Shown piece after piece: positions 22,111 to 31,999 of a stretch of DNA of 64,000 nt (position 1 is its first letter; each line of letters opens with the position of its first letter). This DNA comes from an uncultured delta proteobacterium (GTDB taxonomy: Bacteria > Myxococcota > UBA727 > VGSZ01), in assembly GCA_963775425.1 (NCBI GenBank), contig CAVZJB010000011.1, positions 800,001 through 864,000 of the forward strand, read 5' to 3'. A model generated the notes under the pieces. It did no database searches. It saw nothing but the letters and a program-made list of their open reading frames with translations, and was not told the origin of the DNA. Made by a program: the position numbers and the translations under genes.

Positions 22111-25061
22111 CGGTCATCACCGCGGCGCACGCGCGCGAGGTAGCGCGTGCGCGGTCTGGTGTTTTCCTCCCCGAGCGCGGAGTAGGCCCTCCGATCGTCA
22201 CGGAGCGCGCTGACGCGCGAGCTCGGGTCGTCGATGCGACCGAAGGCGATGGCGTCGGTGGGGCAGGTCTGCGCGCACGCGGGCGTCACCTCGCCGTCCG
22301 CGATGTCGCGATGCTCGACGTCGGAGTCGATCACCGCCTTGCGAATGCGCTGCACGCAGTAGGTGCACTTCTCCATCACCCCGCGTGCGCGCACGGTGAC
22401 GTCGGGGTTCATGGCGAGCTTCTCGACCGGCGACTTGTCGCGGTTGAAGTTGTACCAGTTGAAACGCCGGACCTTGTAAGGGCAGTTGTTGGAGCAGAAC
22501 CGCGTGCCGACGCAGCGGTTGTAGATCATCTCGTTGAGGCCGTCGGCGCTGTGGACGGTGGCGTTGACGGGGCAGACGTATTCGCACGGCGCCGTCTCGC
22601 AGTGCTGGCAGAGCATGGGCTGGAAGATGGGCTTGGGGGACTCGACGTCGCCTTCGAAGTAGATGTCCAAACGCAGCCAATGCATCTCGCGGCGCAGGAG
22701 CACCCCATCGCGGCCGACCACCGGCACGTTGTTCTCGGCCATGCACGCGACCACGCAGGCGGAGCAGCCCGTGCAGCGGTCGAGGTCGATGCTCATCCCC
22801 CACTGCACGCCCCGTTGCCGCGGCGGCTCATACAGCGTCGTCAGCGTCGGCTTCTTCAGCGCGCGCGGCGGCTTCGCCGACGCGAGATCCCGCTGGCTCA
22901 CGGCGACGGCGACCTCGGACCGGACGCGGTGATGCGACTGGGTGCGCGCGAGCTCTCGGCGGGCGCCGCGCTTGTGCACGCCGACGGTGGCGCCGAGCTC
23001 GCCGAAGGACGCGAGGCGCCACGCAGAGAAACCCTTCCCGCGCGCGAGCGGTGCTTCCACCTGCCGGCCCCAACCGGTGTGCACGACGACGACGTCGTCT
23101 GCCACGCCGGGTTGAACGATGACGGGCGCGGCGAGGTGGGTGTCGTTGCGGACGAGATCGACGAGGTCGCCGTCGGTGACGTCGAGCGCCGCCGCCGTGC
23201 GTGGAGAGACCAGGGCCGCGTTTTCCCAGGTGAGCTTGGTGATCGGATCGGGCAGCTCGAGCAGCCAAGACACGTTGCACAGCTCGCCGGTGTGCATCCG
23301 CAGGTCGGTGCGAACGGAGAGCGCGAGGGTCTTCTCCGTCCCCGTTTCGCCTGCAGGCACCCGGCCGGCGGCGGGCGTGGCGGATGCGGAGGGGGTCGCG
23401 GTGCTGCCGGCGCCGGTGGCGATGCGCGCGAGGATTTCGGCGGCGCCCTGCGTGGATGCGTAGGGCGGCGTCGAGGTGCCGGGGAGGAAGCCGAGGCGCA
23501 GCGTGTCGTCGACGGCGGCGCCTTGTTCGCGGATGACGCGGCCCACGAGCTCGCGCGGATCGGAGACGTCGACGCCGGCGAAGCGTGCGAGGATCTCGGG
23601 GAGGCTCTGCGAGCCGTACAGCGGCTTCACGGCGGGTTGCACGATGGAGATCGTGCCGTCCAACGCGCGCGCGTCCCCCCAGCTCTCGAGCGTGTGCGCC
23701 AGCGGCAGGAACCATGACGACGAAGGCGCCGTCTCGTCGGCGAGCAGCGCTGCGTGGATGTGCTCACGCGGGCGACCGAGCAAGTGGGCGCGCGCGGGGA
23801 ACGCGTACGCGAGGTTGACGTCGAGGGTGGCGAGCACATCGACGGCGCCGGCTTCGAGGGCTTCGAACAGGAGGTCCGGGTCGTGCGTGGGCGCGCCGGC
23901 CTCGAGGACGGCGGGGCGAACCAGGCGCACCACGGGGCTGTGCCCGCGAAATGCGCCGAGTGCAGCGTGAATGGCGTGCGCGGCCGCGTGGACCTCGGGC
24001 GGTTGCCGGTCGCCGACGAGCACCACCCCGGGGCCGGCAGCGAGCGCGCGCGCGGCGGCGTCGACGAACGCGCGCTCGAGGTCGTCGACGTCCGCGGCGC
24101 CGGAGCCGCGAACAGCGCCCGCGTCGGCGCTGCCGTGGATGACGGCGCGCGCGAGCGCGCGCGCGATCAACGGGACGCGCGCAGGGGAGATGCGCACGCG
24201 GACGTCCGCGTTCATGAACGCCAGGCTGGCGCCGTCGTCGGCGGCGAACAGGCGCGCGTCGGCGTCGGTGCGACGCCGCGCGGCCCAGTCGTAGGCGAGG
24301 CGCACGCTGTCGGGCGCGTCGGTGAAGATGTCGGCGTCGAGGCACACCACGTGCCGCGCGGCGGAGAGGTCGGCCACGACGTCGAGGGCGCGACCGAACG
24401 CGCGATCGGCCCCGCGCCACGCGTTGGCCCTCGGCGCCGACGAGACGAAGTGCACGGATGCGCGCGGCATCTCGTCCCGCAAACGCTGGAGCAGGAACGC
24501 CACGCTCGGTGCGCTCGTGGGCGGCAACACCAGGTGGAGCCCCTCGCCTGCGCGCGCACGCAGGTCGTTGCGCAACAACGCGAACGCGTCGTGAAAGCCG
24601 GTAGGCGTGCCGGGCCGTTGACGCCTGCGCACCTCTTGGGCCCGCGCGGGGTCGTAGAGCTCGAGGATCAACGCCTGCTGCCACGCGCTCGCGCGCCCGA
24701 GGCTCATGGGGTGCCGCGGGTGACCTTCGATCTTGGTCGGCCGGCCCACGTGCGTCTCGACGAGGATGCCCGTCGCGTACCCGTCGCGAACGGCGCTGCT
24801 GGCGTAGAACGCCGGGATGCCCGGGTGCGTCTCCGGCGGCGCGTCGACGTACGGCATGATGTTTTCGAACGGCTGTCGCGCGCACGACGCGAGCGCGACG
24901 CTCGCGCCCATGAGCTCGAGCAGGTGCCGCCGCTTCAACGAGAACGGCTGCTCCGGCACCTCGTCGAGCGGTTCGTCATCGGCGCCGCCGAGGTACTCCT
25001 CGACGTCACGCCAGCGGAGCCTCTGCGACGCGGCGTCGAGCACCGTCTTCCAGCTCGTCAT
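22107..25061 (-). CDS. actB: ACIII molybdopterin-oxidoreductase-like plus Fe-S subunit (TAT lipoprotein)
   Basis: KRRHLL...LASC; GRPTKIEG; ELPDPITKLTWEN; CTGCSAC, CQHC..APC...CP, CVGTRFCSNNCP, EKCTYC. Confidence 0.95.
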   Translation of the reverse strand: MTSWKTVLDAASQRLRWRDVEEYLGGADDEPLDEVPEQPFSLKRRHLLELMGASVALASCARQPFENIMPYVDAPPETHPGIPAFYASSAVRDGYATGILVETHVGRPTKIEGHPRHPMSLGRASAWQQALILELYDPARAQEVRRRQRPGTPTGFHDAFALLRNDLRARAGEGLHLVLPPTSAPSVAFLLQRLRDEMPRASVHFVSSAPRANAWRGADRAFGRALDVVADLSAARHVVCLDADIFTDAPDSVRLAYDWAARRRTDADARLFAADDGASLAFMNADVRVRISPARVPLIARALARAVIHGSADAGAVRGSGAADVDDLERAFVDAAARALAAGPGVVLVGDRQPPEVHAAAHAIHAALGAFRGHSPVVRLVRPAVLEAGAPTHDPDLLFEALEAGAVDVLATLDVNLAYAFPARAHLLGRPREHIHAALLADETAPSSSWFLPLAHTLESWGDARALDGTISIVQPAVKPLYGSQSLPEILARFAGVDVSDPRELVGRVIREQGAAVDDTLRLGFLPGTSTPPYASTQGAAEILARIATGAGSTATPSASATPAAGRVPAGETGTEKTLALSVRTDLRMHTGELCNVSWLLELPDPITKLTWENAALVSPRTAAALDVTDGDLVDLVRNDTHLAAPVIVQPGVADDVVVVHTGWGRQVEAPLARGKGFSAWRLASFGELGATVGVHKRGARRELARTQSHHRVRSEVAVAVSQRDLASAKPPRALKKPTLTTLYEPPRQRGVQWGMSIDLDRCTGCSACVVACMAENNVPVVGRDGVLLRREMHWLRLDIYFEGDVESPKPIFQPMLCQHCETAPCEYVCPVNATVHSADGLNEMIYNRCVGTRFCSNNCPYKVRRFNWYNFNRDKSPVEKLAMNPDVTVRARGVMEKCTYCVQRIRKAVIDSDVEHRDIADGEVTPACAQTCPTDAIAFGRIDDPSSRVSALRDDRRAYSALGEENTRPRTRYLARVRRGDDR

Positions 25062-25699
25062 CGGTGGCACCCCACGCAGTCGGTGGTGGGGTGCGGCTTC
25101 AGCTCGCGCACCAACTGCGCCTCGGTGGCGGGGTCGGCTTGCCACTCCATGTCCGTGATGCGATCGAGCGGCCGGAGGTGCCCCTCCGGGTGCCGGTGGC
25201 AATCGAGGCACCAGTTCATAATGACGGGGTTCACCATCACCACCTGCGCCATGAGATCGACGCGGCCGTGGCACTCGACGCAGCCGACGCCGCGCCGTGT
25301 GTGCGCCTCGTGGTTGAAGAAGACGAAGTCGGGTGCGTCGTAGACGCGGACCCACGGGATGGGTTTCTTCCTCTCGAAGCTCTCGCGCACGGGCGCGAGG
25401 AGCTTGCTGTCGATCCAGATTTGCGCGTGACAGCCCATGCACACCGACGTCGCCGGCACGGAGGCGCGCGGGCCCTTCTCTGCTGTGTCGTGGCAGTAGA
25501 GGCAGTCGATGCCGTCGTCGCGCACGTGGTGCCGATGATCGAAGAGCACCGGTTGGATCACCTGCCGCTGATCCTCCGTGCACGACGGCGCGCGAATGAG
25601 GACGATGAGCAGCGTGGGGACGCCGATGATGCCGCCGCCGAAGGCGACGAGCGCGACGCGCAGCAGATCGTCCGACCACGATGGAAAGAGCGCCGGCAT
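25058..25699 (-). CDS. actA: ACIII penta-haem cytochrome c
   Basis: N-terminal TM; CLYCH, CMGCH, CVECH, CLDCH, CVGCH; PDFVFFNH. Confidence 0.95.
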   Translation of the reverse strand: MPALFPSWSDDLLRVALVAFGGGIIGVPTLLIVLIRAPSCTEDQRQVIQPVLFDHRHHVRDDGIDCLYCHDTAEKGPRASVPATSVCMGCHAQIWIDSKLLAPVRESFERKKPIPWVRVYDAPDFVFFNHEAHTRRGVGCVECHGRVDLMAQVVMVNPVIMNWCLDCHRHPEGHLRPLDRITDMEWQADPATEAQLVRELKPHPTTDCVGCHR

Positions 25700-25994
25700 T
25701 CGCGAGTTGTGATGCTCGGGCGCCTCGAGCGCAACTCGAGATCGCTCCATTCGTCGACAACGTTCGTGCATCTCGGAATGAACATGCGCGCGACGCTCGC
25801 GCACGTGAGGAGCGCCGCCCCGCCCTCGACTGAACGTTCGCTATGACGCGAGCGACTCGGCGTCGATGAGGGCGGCGCGAACATCGGTGAATCGCTCACG
25901 GAGCGCGGCGGAGTAACGAGATCGCCTCGAGCTCCCACACTCGAGCGACTGCGCGCGCCGCTGCAAAGGAACGGGACATGCAGCCGTCGTCGTC

Positions 25995-26178
25995 ATGAAC
26001 ACATCTCATAAAGTCGTCGTCGTCTCACGGCGCCCACGGCGTGTTCGATGACAGGAGTCGCGCGCACAGCCTGCAGGTGTGGGCGAACCGCCGGCGCGGC
26101 TGGCTCGCAGCCGCCGGCGCCGCCGTGGCCGCGACCGTCGTCGCCGTGCGCGCCGTCCGCCGCTTGCGCGGACGTTGA
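25995..26178 (+). pseudogene. SDR oxidoreductase remnant (N- and C-termini joined by an internal deletion)
   Basis: MNTSHKVVVV joined out of frame to HGAHGVFDDRSRAHSLQVWANRRRGWLAAAG...*. Confidence 0.6.
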
Positions 26179-26187
26179 CCGCGCCCG

Positions 26188-26949
26188 CTATGCGCGCCGC
26201 TTGCGGGGCGCGCGCGTGTCGATCAGGAGACGAAGGAGCGCGTCCATCTCCTCCTGGTCGCGCAGGTACCATTCGGCCTCCGACGCCGCCGAGCGGCCCA
26301 CGCGGATGCACAGGAGGCGATCGGGTTTGTGCAGCGCGAAGACGTCCTCGTCGGTGACGTCGTCACCGATGTAGATGGCGCAGGCGGAGCCGCTCTTCTT
26401 GCGGAGCTTCTCGAGCGCGTCTCCCTTGTGCGGTGCGCGCGCGGGGACCGCGTTCACCACAGCCTTGCCGAGCACCACGCGCATCTCCGGCGCGACCCGG
26501 GAGAGCGCGCGGAGGATGCGCGCGAGCGCGTCCTTCTTGCGCCGCGCCTTGCGGTAGTGGATGGCGAGCGAGTAACGCTTGTTCTCGACGTCGACGCCCT
26601 GGACGGCGGCGAGCGCGCGCTCGAGGGCGGGGAGGACGGCGGCGACCTCGCGCTCGAAGCGCACCATCTTCGACCCCGACTCCGCCCCGTGGTTCCCCAC
26701 GACGCTCTGCACGCGCGCGCCGCGCACGCGGGCGGCGGCGTCGGCTGTGCTCCGCCCGGAGATGACGACGCACGGGTAGAGCGTGCAGACGCGGTTGAAC
26801 AAGCGCCGCGTGGGCGCCCGCATCCTGGCGGCGCCGCGCTCGGCCACGATGGGCGACAGCGTGCCGTCGAAGTCGAACGCGAGGAGGACGCGGGCGCGCG
26901 CGAAGTGGGTCACGGCGTCGATGCCCGCGGGGGACATGATGTACTTCAC
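26188..26949 (-). CDS. otsB: Trehalose-6-phosphate phosphatase
   Basis: HAD DFDGTLSPIV, ISGR, GNHGAE, ENK...HYR, HKG, YIGDDVTDED. Confidence 0.92.
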   Translation of the reverse strand: MKYIMSPAGIDAVTHFARARVLLAFDFDGTLSPIVAERGAARMRAPTRRLFNRVCTLYPCVVISGRSTADAAARVRGARVQSVVGNHGAESGSKMVRFEREVAAVLPALERALAAVQGVDVENKRYSLAIHYRKARRKKDALARILRALSRVAPEMRVVLGKAVVNAVPARAPHKGDALEKLRKKSGSACAIYIGDDVTDEDVFALHKPDRLLCIRVGRSAASEAEWYLRDQEEMDALLRLLIDTRAPRKRRA

Positions 26950-27077
26950 GGACGCCGGGGTACACCGCGCGGCCGGCGGCTCCAACCGAATCACGCGCGA
27001 CGCCGGAGGCGAGGTGCGAGGTGCGAGCTGGGACCGCGGCTCGCCAGGCGCCGCGCGTCGACGCGCCCGTGGCAGGG

Positions 27078-27656
27078 TCAGCGTTGCGGCGCGAGGCGGC
27101 GGCGGATGGCGTCCACGACGCCGGCAGTGGCGTCCACTCCGGCGACGCCGCGCCGGTGCAGCGCCGTGATGTCGAAGCGTGCGAGCTCTCCGGCGTCGCT
27201 CGAGAGGCGGAGCTCGCCGAGCGGCGTGGCCGCGATGTCTGCGCCGCCCTCTGCGCCGCCGGTGAGCACGACGACGTCGACGTCGCCGCGCAGGAGCGCG
27301 CCGGCGGCGTCGCCCTCGATGATGGCGCGTTCGTAGGGAATGTCGAGCAACGCGCGCGCGAGGCCCTCGGGGAGAGAGACGCGGACGAGCCGCCCCTCGT
27401 TGCCGAGGCCCTCGTCGACGATGCGCATCGCTTCGCGCACGTGCGCGAGCAGCCGCCGCCCCTGGTCGTTCAGGACGAGGCGCGTGCCGGTCCGGTGAAA
27501 GAGCGGCGCGCCCACCGCCTTCTCGAGCAGCTTCAACGTTCGCGACAGCGCAGGCGGGCTGGTTCCGAGCAAGGCGGCCGCGCGCGGGAGGTGCTCGGTC
27601 TCGGCGACGGCGCGAAACGCCGGCAACCAGTTCCACAGGCTCGCCACGCGCTTCAT
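27078..27656 (-). CDS. LysR-type regulator with a truncated effector domain
   Basis: WNWLPAFRAVAE...AAALL...PALSR...LE...LFHR...L.LN..G; only about 192 aa. Confidence 0.75.
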   Translation of the reverse strand: MKRVASLWNWLPAFRAVAETEHLPRAAALLGTSPPALSRTLKLLEKAVGAPLFHRTGTRLVLNDQGRRLLAHVREAMRIVDEGLGNEGRLVRVSLPEGLARALLDIPYERAIIEGDAAGALLRGDVDVVVLTGGAEGGADIAATPLGELRLSSDAGELARFDITALHRRGVAGVDATAGVVDAIRRRLAPQR

Positions 27657-27766
27657 CGGGGGACCGTTCTCGGATTTGGAATGCATCGTGAGAGTTTCCG
27701 ACATTGGTGATCCAGTGTCACATGCTTCGGCGGCCTCCCGTAGTGAGCGACACGGAGGTTGAGTTC

Positions 27767-28333
27767 ATGAAAGCTCGCAGTACCTTGATGTTCGCCGTCA
27801 CGCTGTCCTTGTCCGCAGCCGTCACCGCCCTCGTCGTCGCCGCCTGCGGCACGGCGGCCGCCGAGGGCGAGGGCGAGGGCGAAGGAGAGCAGACGCAGGC
27901 GCAACAGGCGCAGACGCCGCCCGAAGGAGACGCCAATCTGCAGACGTGGCTCGCCCAGGGCTTCTACAAGAATTGGACGTGCGAGAGCGCGCCCCATGAT
28001 GCGCGCTCGCCCTCGCCCCACGGGCGCAACCGCATCTGCAGCAACGACACCCTCGCGCTCGCCCAGCAGGCCCCGTGGCCCGTGGGCTCCGCCGCGGTGA
28101 AGGAGCTGTTCGACGACAACGACAACCAGGTCGGCGTCGCCGTCTATCGCAAGACCGCGGAGGGCACCGACGGCTCCAACTGGTACTGGTACGAAAAGAC
28201 CGACGGCGACGGCCTCGTCGCCGACGGCCACGGCGACACCGGGGTGCCGCTCACCGTCTGCGTCGACTGTCACTCGCACGCGAACGACTTCGTGTTCACC
28301 CAGGTGGGCGCGGGCGGCTGCGGCGGCGGGTGA
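27767..28333 (+). CDS. Cytochrome P460-family lipoprotein
   Basis: GGAGG RBS; VAAC lipobox, EGEGEGE; [19 protein letters not shown]...DFVFTQ. Confidence 0.8.
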   Translation: MKARSTLMFAVTLSLSAAVTALVVAACGTAAAEGEGEGEGEQTQAQQAQTPPEGDANLQTWLAQGFYKNWTCESAPHDARSPSPHGRNRICSNDTLALAQQAPWPVGSAAVKELFDDNDNQVGVAVYRKTAEGTDGSNWYWYEKTDGDGLVADGHGDTGVPLTVCVDCHSHANDFVFTQVGAGGCGGG

Positions 28334-28348
28334 CGCGTGCGGCGTCGG

Positions 28349-28376
28349 CCTGACGCGCTGCGCATCGCGCGTCAGG
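28349..28376 (+). terminator. Stem-loop after the P460 gene
   Basis: CCTGACGCGC-N8-GCGCGTCAGG with a short T-run downstream. Confidence 0.45.
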
Positions 28377-28424
28377 TCGCCCGGGTTTTCGTCCAGACGG
28401 CCGGTCCGCTGTAGACTGCCCGGC

Positions 28425-30239
28425 ATGGCGTATCTCCCCATCGAAGACCACGGCGTGATCGGCGACCTCCACACGGTGGCGCTCATCGGAACCAACGGCA
28501 GCATCGACTGGTGGTGCTATCCCCACTTCGACTCGCCCTCGGTCTTCGGGGCCATCCTCGACGACAAGAAGGGCGGCCACTTCCAGATCGAGCCGATGGA
28601 GAGCTGCAACAAGAAGCAGCTCTACGTCGCGGACACCAACGTTCTCATCACGCGCTTCCTTGCGTCCGACGGGGTGAGCGAGCTGACGGACTTCATGCCG
28701 GTCCGGGAGCGCAACGCCAAGGAGATCGCGCACAAGATCGTGCGCAAGGTCGACGTCGTGCGCGGCCGCATGAAGATGCGCATCACCTGCCGGCCCGCGT
28801 TCGACTACGCCCGCGTGGCGCACCAGACCACCATCACCCCCACGGGCGCGGTGTTCACCACGCCCAACCTGCGGCTCGGCCTGGCCACGTCGGCGCCGTT
28901 GGTCCTCGACGGCGACGGCGTCACCGCCGAGGTGGAGCTCACCGAGGGGACGACGCTGTGGTTCGAGCTCGAAGAGCTCCCCGCGTCCAAGCCTGCGCCG
29001 ACGGCGCAGGCGGCGGAGGCCCTGACCGAGGCCTACAACAACACCGTCCACTACTGGCGGCGCGCCCTCGCGGTCGGGCACTACGACGGCCGCTGGCGCG
29101 AGTGGGTGAACCGGTCGGCGCTCGTCTTGAAGCTGCTGCGCTTCGCCCCCACCGGCGCCATCGTCGCCGCGCCCACCACCAGCTTGCCGGAGCACATGGG
29201 CGGCGTGCGCAACTGGGACTACCGCTTCACCTGGATCCGTGACGCCAGCTTCACGCTCTACGGCCTGCTGCGGCTCGGTTTCGGCGAGGAGGCGCAGCAG
29301 TTCATGGACTGGCTGGGCGCGCGTTTGCGCGATCCGCACGAGGGCGCGAGCGGCGCGCCGATGCAGATCATGTACTCCATCCGCGGCGAGCAGAAGCTCG
29401 AGGAGGCCCAGCTCGATCACCTCGAGGGCTACAAGGGCAGCTCGCCCGTACGCATCGGCAACGGCGCGTACAGCCAGAAGCAGCTCGACGTCTACGGCGA
29501 GCTCATGGACGCGGTGTACCTCTACAACAAGTACGTGCAGCCCATCGGCTACGACCTGTGGCTCGCGCTGCGCCCGCTCGTCGACTACGTCTGCGATCAC
29601 TGGCACGAGCCCGACGAGGGCATCTGGGAGGTGCGCGGACCACAGCAGCACTTCGTCTACTCCAAGGTCATGTGCTGGGTGGCCATCGATCGCGCCTTGC
29701 GTCTCGCGGACAAGCGCAGCTTCCCCGCGCCGCGCACGCGTTGGTTGTCCGTGCGCGACACCATCTACGACGAGGTCATGACCAAGGGTTGGAGCCGCAA
29801 ACGCCACAGCTTCGTGCAGGCCTACGGCAGCGAAGCCCTCGACGCGTCGAACCTCATCATGCCGCTCGTGTTCTTCCTGTCGCCGACGGACCCGCGCATG
29901 CAGTCCACGCTCGACGCCACCATGAAGGAGCTCGTGAGCGACAGCCTCGTGCACCGCTACAAGATCGACGACACCGACGACGGCCTGCCCGGCAATGAGG
30001 GTACGTTCAGCATCTGCACCTTCTGGCTCGTCGAGGCGCTCACGCGCGCCGGCCGCGTCGAAGAGGCGCGGATGATCTTCGAGAAGATGCTCACGTACGC
30101 CAACCACCTCGGGCTGTACTCCGAGGAGATCGGCCGCACCGGCGAGGCGTTGGGGAACTTCCCGCAGGCGTTCACCCACCTCGCCTTGATCAGCGCGGCG
30201 TACAACCTGAACCGCGCGCTCGACAAACGGCATCGCTGA
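28425..30239 (+). CDS. GH15 glycoside hydrolase (trehalase/glucoamylase-like)
   Basis: [39 protein letters not shown]...GNFPQAFTH. Confidence 0.93.
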   Translation: MAYLPIEDHGVIGDLHTVALIGTNGSIDWWCYPHFDSPSVFGAILDDKKGGHFQIEPMESCNKKQLYVADTNVLITRFLASDGVSELTDFMPVRERNAKEIAHKIVRKVDVVRGRMKMRITCRPAFDYARVAHQTTITPTGAVFTTPNLRLGLATSAPLVLDGDGVTAEVELTEGTTLWFELEELPASKPAPTAQAAEALTEAYNNTVHYWRRALAVGHYDGRWREWVNRSALVLKLLRFAPTGAIVAAPTTSLPEHMGGVRNWDYRFTWIRDASFTLYGLLRLGFGEEAQQFMDWLGARLRDPHEGASGAPMQIMYSIRGEQKLEEAQLDHLEGYKGSSPVRIGNGAYSQKQLDVYGELMDAVYLYNKYVQPIGYDLWLALRPLVDYVCDHWHEPDEGIWEVRGPQQHFVYSKVMCWVAIDRALRLADKRSFPAPRTRWLSVRDTIYDEVMTKGWSRKRHSFVQAYGSEALDASNLIMPLVFFLSPTDPRMQSTLDATMKELVSDSLVHRYKIDDTDDGLPGNEGTFSICTFWLVEALTRAGRVEEARMIFEKMLTYANHLGLYSEEIGRTGEALGNFPQAFTHLALISAAYNLNRALDKRHR

Positions 30240-30346
30240 CGTCGCCAAGCCGCTGACCCGCACGGGAGCCGTGCGCTCAAGCGATCGACGGTCGAGCGCG
30301 CGCGCGCGCTTGCCCGTGCGCGGAAGCTTTGGTACCGCACGATTCC

Positions 30347-31999
30347 ATGCCGACGCACCGCTGTTCCATTCTCTTCGTCGTCGTCGCCACCGCCGTCATC
30401 GCCGCCACCGGCGCTCGCGCGGACACACCACCTGACGCCGGGCCCGCGGGACAGGCGAGCGCCGCGTCCGAAAAAAAGAGCGGCCCCGCAAAGGGGGCGC
30501 CGGGGTCGCCGCGTGCGTCGCTGCAGCGCTTCTACAATCTCGGCCGCCGCGGCGACTTCAAGTCCGCGGGCGGCTTCCTCGAGCCCGCGCCCGAGCTCGG
30601 GGATCCGGCCACGCTCGCGCGCCGCCTGACCCTCGTGCTCGACCGCTACCTCGCCATCGACCTCTCCCGGGTCTCCGGCGCCGCCGCGTCCGGCACCACC
30701 GTCGACGTCGGCGTCATCCACCTCGACGGCGGGCTCAGCATCCCCATCCGCCTCGTTCGCACCGAGCGTGACGCAGGTGTTCGCTGGCTATTCTCGCGCG
30801 CCACCGTCGACGGCGTCGACGAGGCGTACGCCACGCTCCCGCACCGCTCCTTGCTCGAGCGGATGCCGGACGTGCTCTTGCGGGTCGGGCCGCGTGAGGC
30901 GCTCTGGTACCAGTGGCTGCTGCTCCCGCTCGTGATCCTTCTCTCGTTCGCCGTCGGTTGGGTGATCAGCAAGATCGCGCGCGCGGTGCTCAAGCGACTC
31001 ACCGTCGAGACGAGCACGCATTGGGACGACAACCTCGCCGAGCGTCTCGGGGGCCCCATCAACCTCGGCCTCACGGTGGCGTTCGCGTTCCTGTTCATCC
31101 CATGGTTGGACATGCCGGCGCGGGCGCAGTCGCTGGTGGAGAAGCCATTCACGGTCATCCTGTTGCTCGCGCTGTTCTGGGGGCTCGCGCGATCCGTCGA
31201 CGTCACCGTCGCCCACCTCGTGACCACGTGGGGATCCACGCGGCCGTCGTCGAAGGCGCTCCTGCCGCTCGGCGGGCGCATCACCAAGGTGGCGGTGGTG
31301 GCGGTGGGAGCGGTGACCATCGTGTCCTCGCTCGGCTATCCGGTGGCGAGCATCCTCGCCGGTCTCGGCATCGGCGGACTCGCCGTGGCGCTGGCGGCGC
31401 AGAAGACGTTCGAGAACCTCCTCGGGGCGTTCGCCATCGGCATCGATCAACCGTTTAGAGAGGGCGACTTCGTCCACATCGACGACTTCGTCGGTACCAT
31501 CGAGTCGATCGGCTTGCGCTCCACGCGCATCCGCACCCTCGACCGCACCTTGATCGCCATCCCCAACGGGCAGCTCGCGGAGAAGCGCCTCGAGTCATTC
31601 GCCGAGCGCGATCGCATTCGTCTCTTCGTCACGCTCGGCGTCCTCTACGAGACCTCGGCCACGCAGATGCGCGGCATCCTCGCCGACATCATCGCCACGC
31701 TGCGGGCGAACCCGAAGGTCTGGCCGGACGCCGTGATCGCGCGCTTCGCCGGGTTCGGCGCCTCGAGCCTCGACGTCGAGGTGATGTGCTGGTTCAACAC
31801 CACCGACTATGACGAGTTCTGCGCGCTGCGCACGGCCACGTTCCTCCAGTTCATGGAGGTGGTGGAGAAGCACGGCAGCGGGTTCGCGTTCCCCACGCGA
31901 ACGCTTCACTTCGGGTCGGGCGCGCCCTTCCCCGTGGTCTCCGCGGGGACGGCGTCGGGCTCCGGCGACGGCGTCGGCGCCTCGGCGAGCGCCGGCTGA
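30347..31999 (+). CDS. mscS: MscS-family mechanosensitive channel with periplasmic N-domain
   Basis: AGLGIGGLAVALAAQ, DQPFREGD, IGLRSTRIRT, IPN, FAFPT. Confidence 0.92.
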   Translation: MPTHRCSILFVVVATAVIAATGARADTPPDAGPAGQASAASEKKSGPAKGAPGSPRASLQRFYNLGRRGDFKSAGGFLEPAPELGDPATLARRLTLVLDRYLAIDLSRVSGAAASGTTVDVGVIHLDGGLSIPIRLVRTERDAGVRWLFSRATVDGVDEAYATLPHRSLLERMPDVLLRVGPREALWYQWLLLPLVILLSFAVGWVISKIARAVLKRLTVETSTHWDDNLAERLGGPINLGLTVAFAFLFIPWLDMPARAQSLVEKPFTVILLLALFWGLARSVDVTVAHLVTTWGSTRPSSKALLPLGGRITKVAVVAVGAVTIVSSLGYPVASILAGLGIGGLAVALAAQKTFENLLGAFAIGIDQPFREGDFVHIDDFVGTIESIGLRSTRIRTLDRTLIAIPNGQLAEKRLESFAERDRIRLFVTLGVLYETSATQMRGILADIIATLRANPKVWPDAVIARFAGFGASSLDVEVMCWFNTTDYDEFCALRTATFLQFMEVVEKHGSGFAFPTRTLHFGSGAPFPVVSAGTASGSGDGVGASASAG

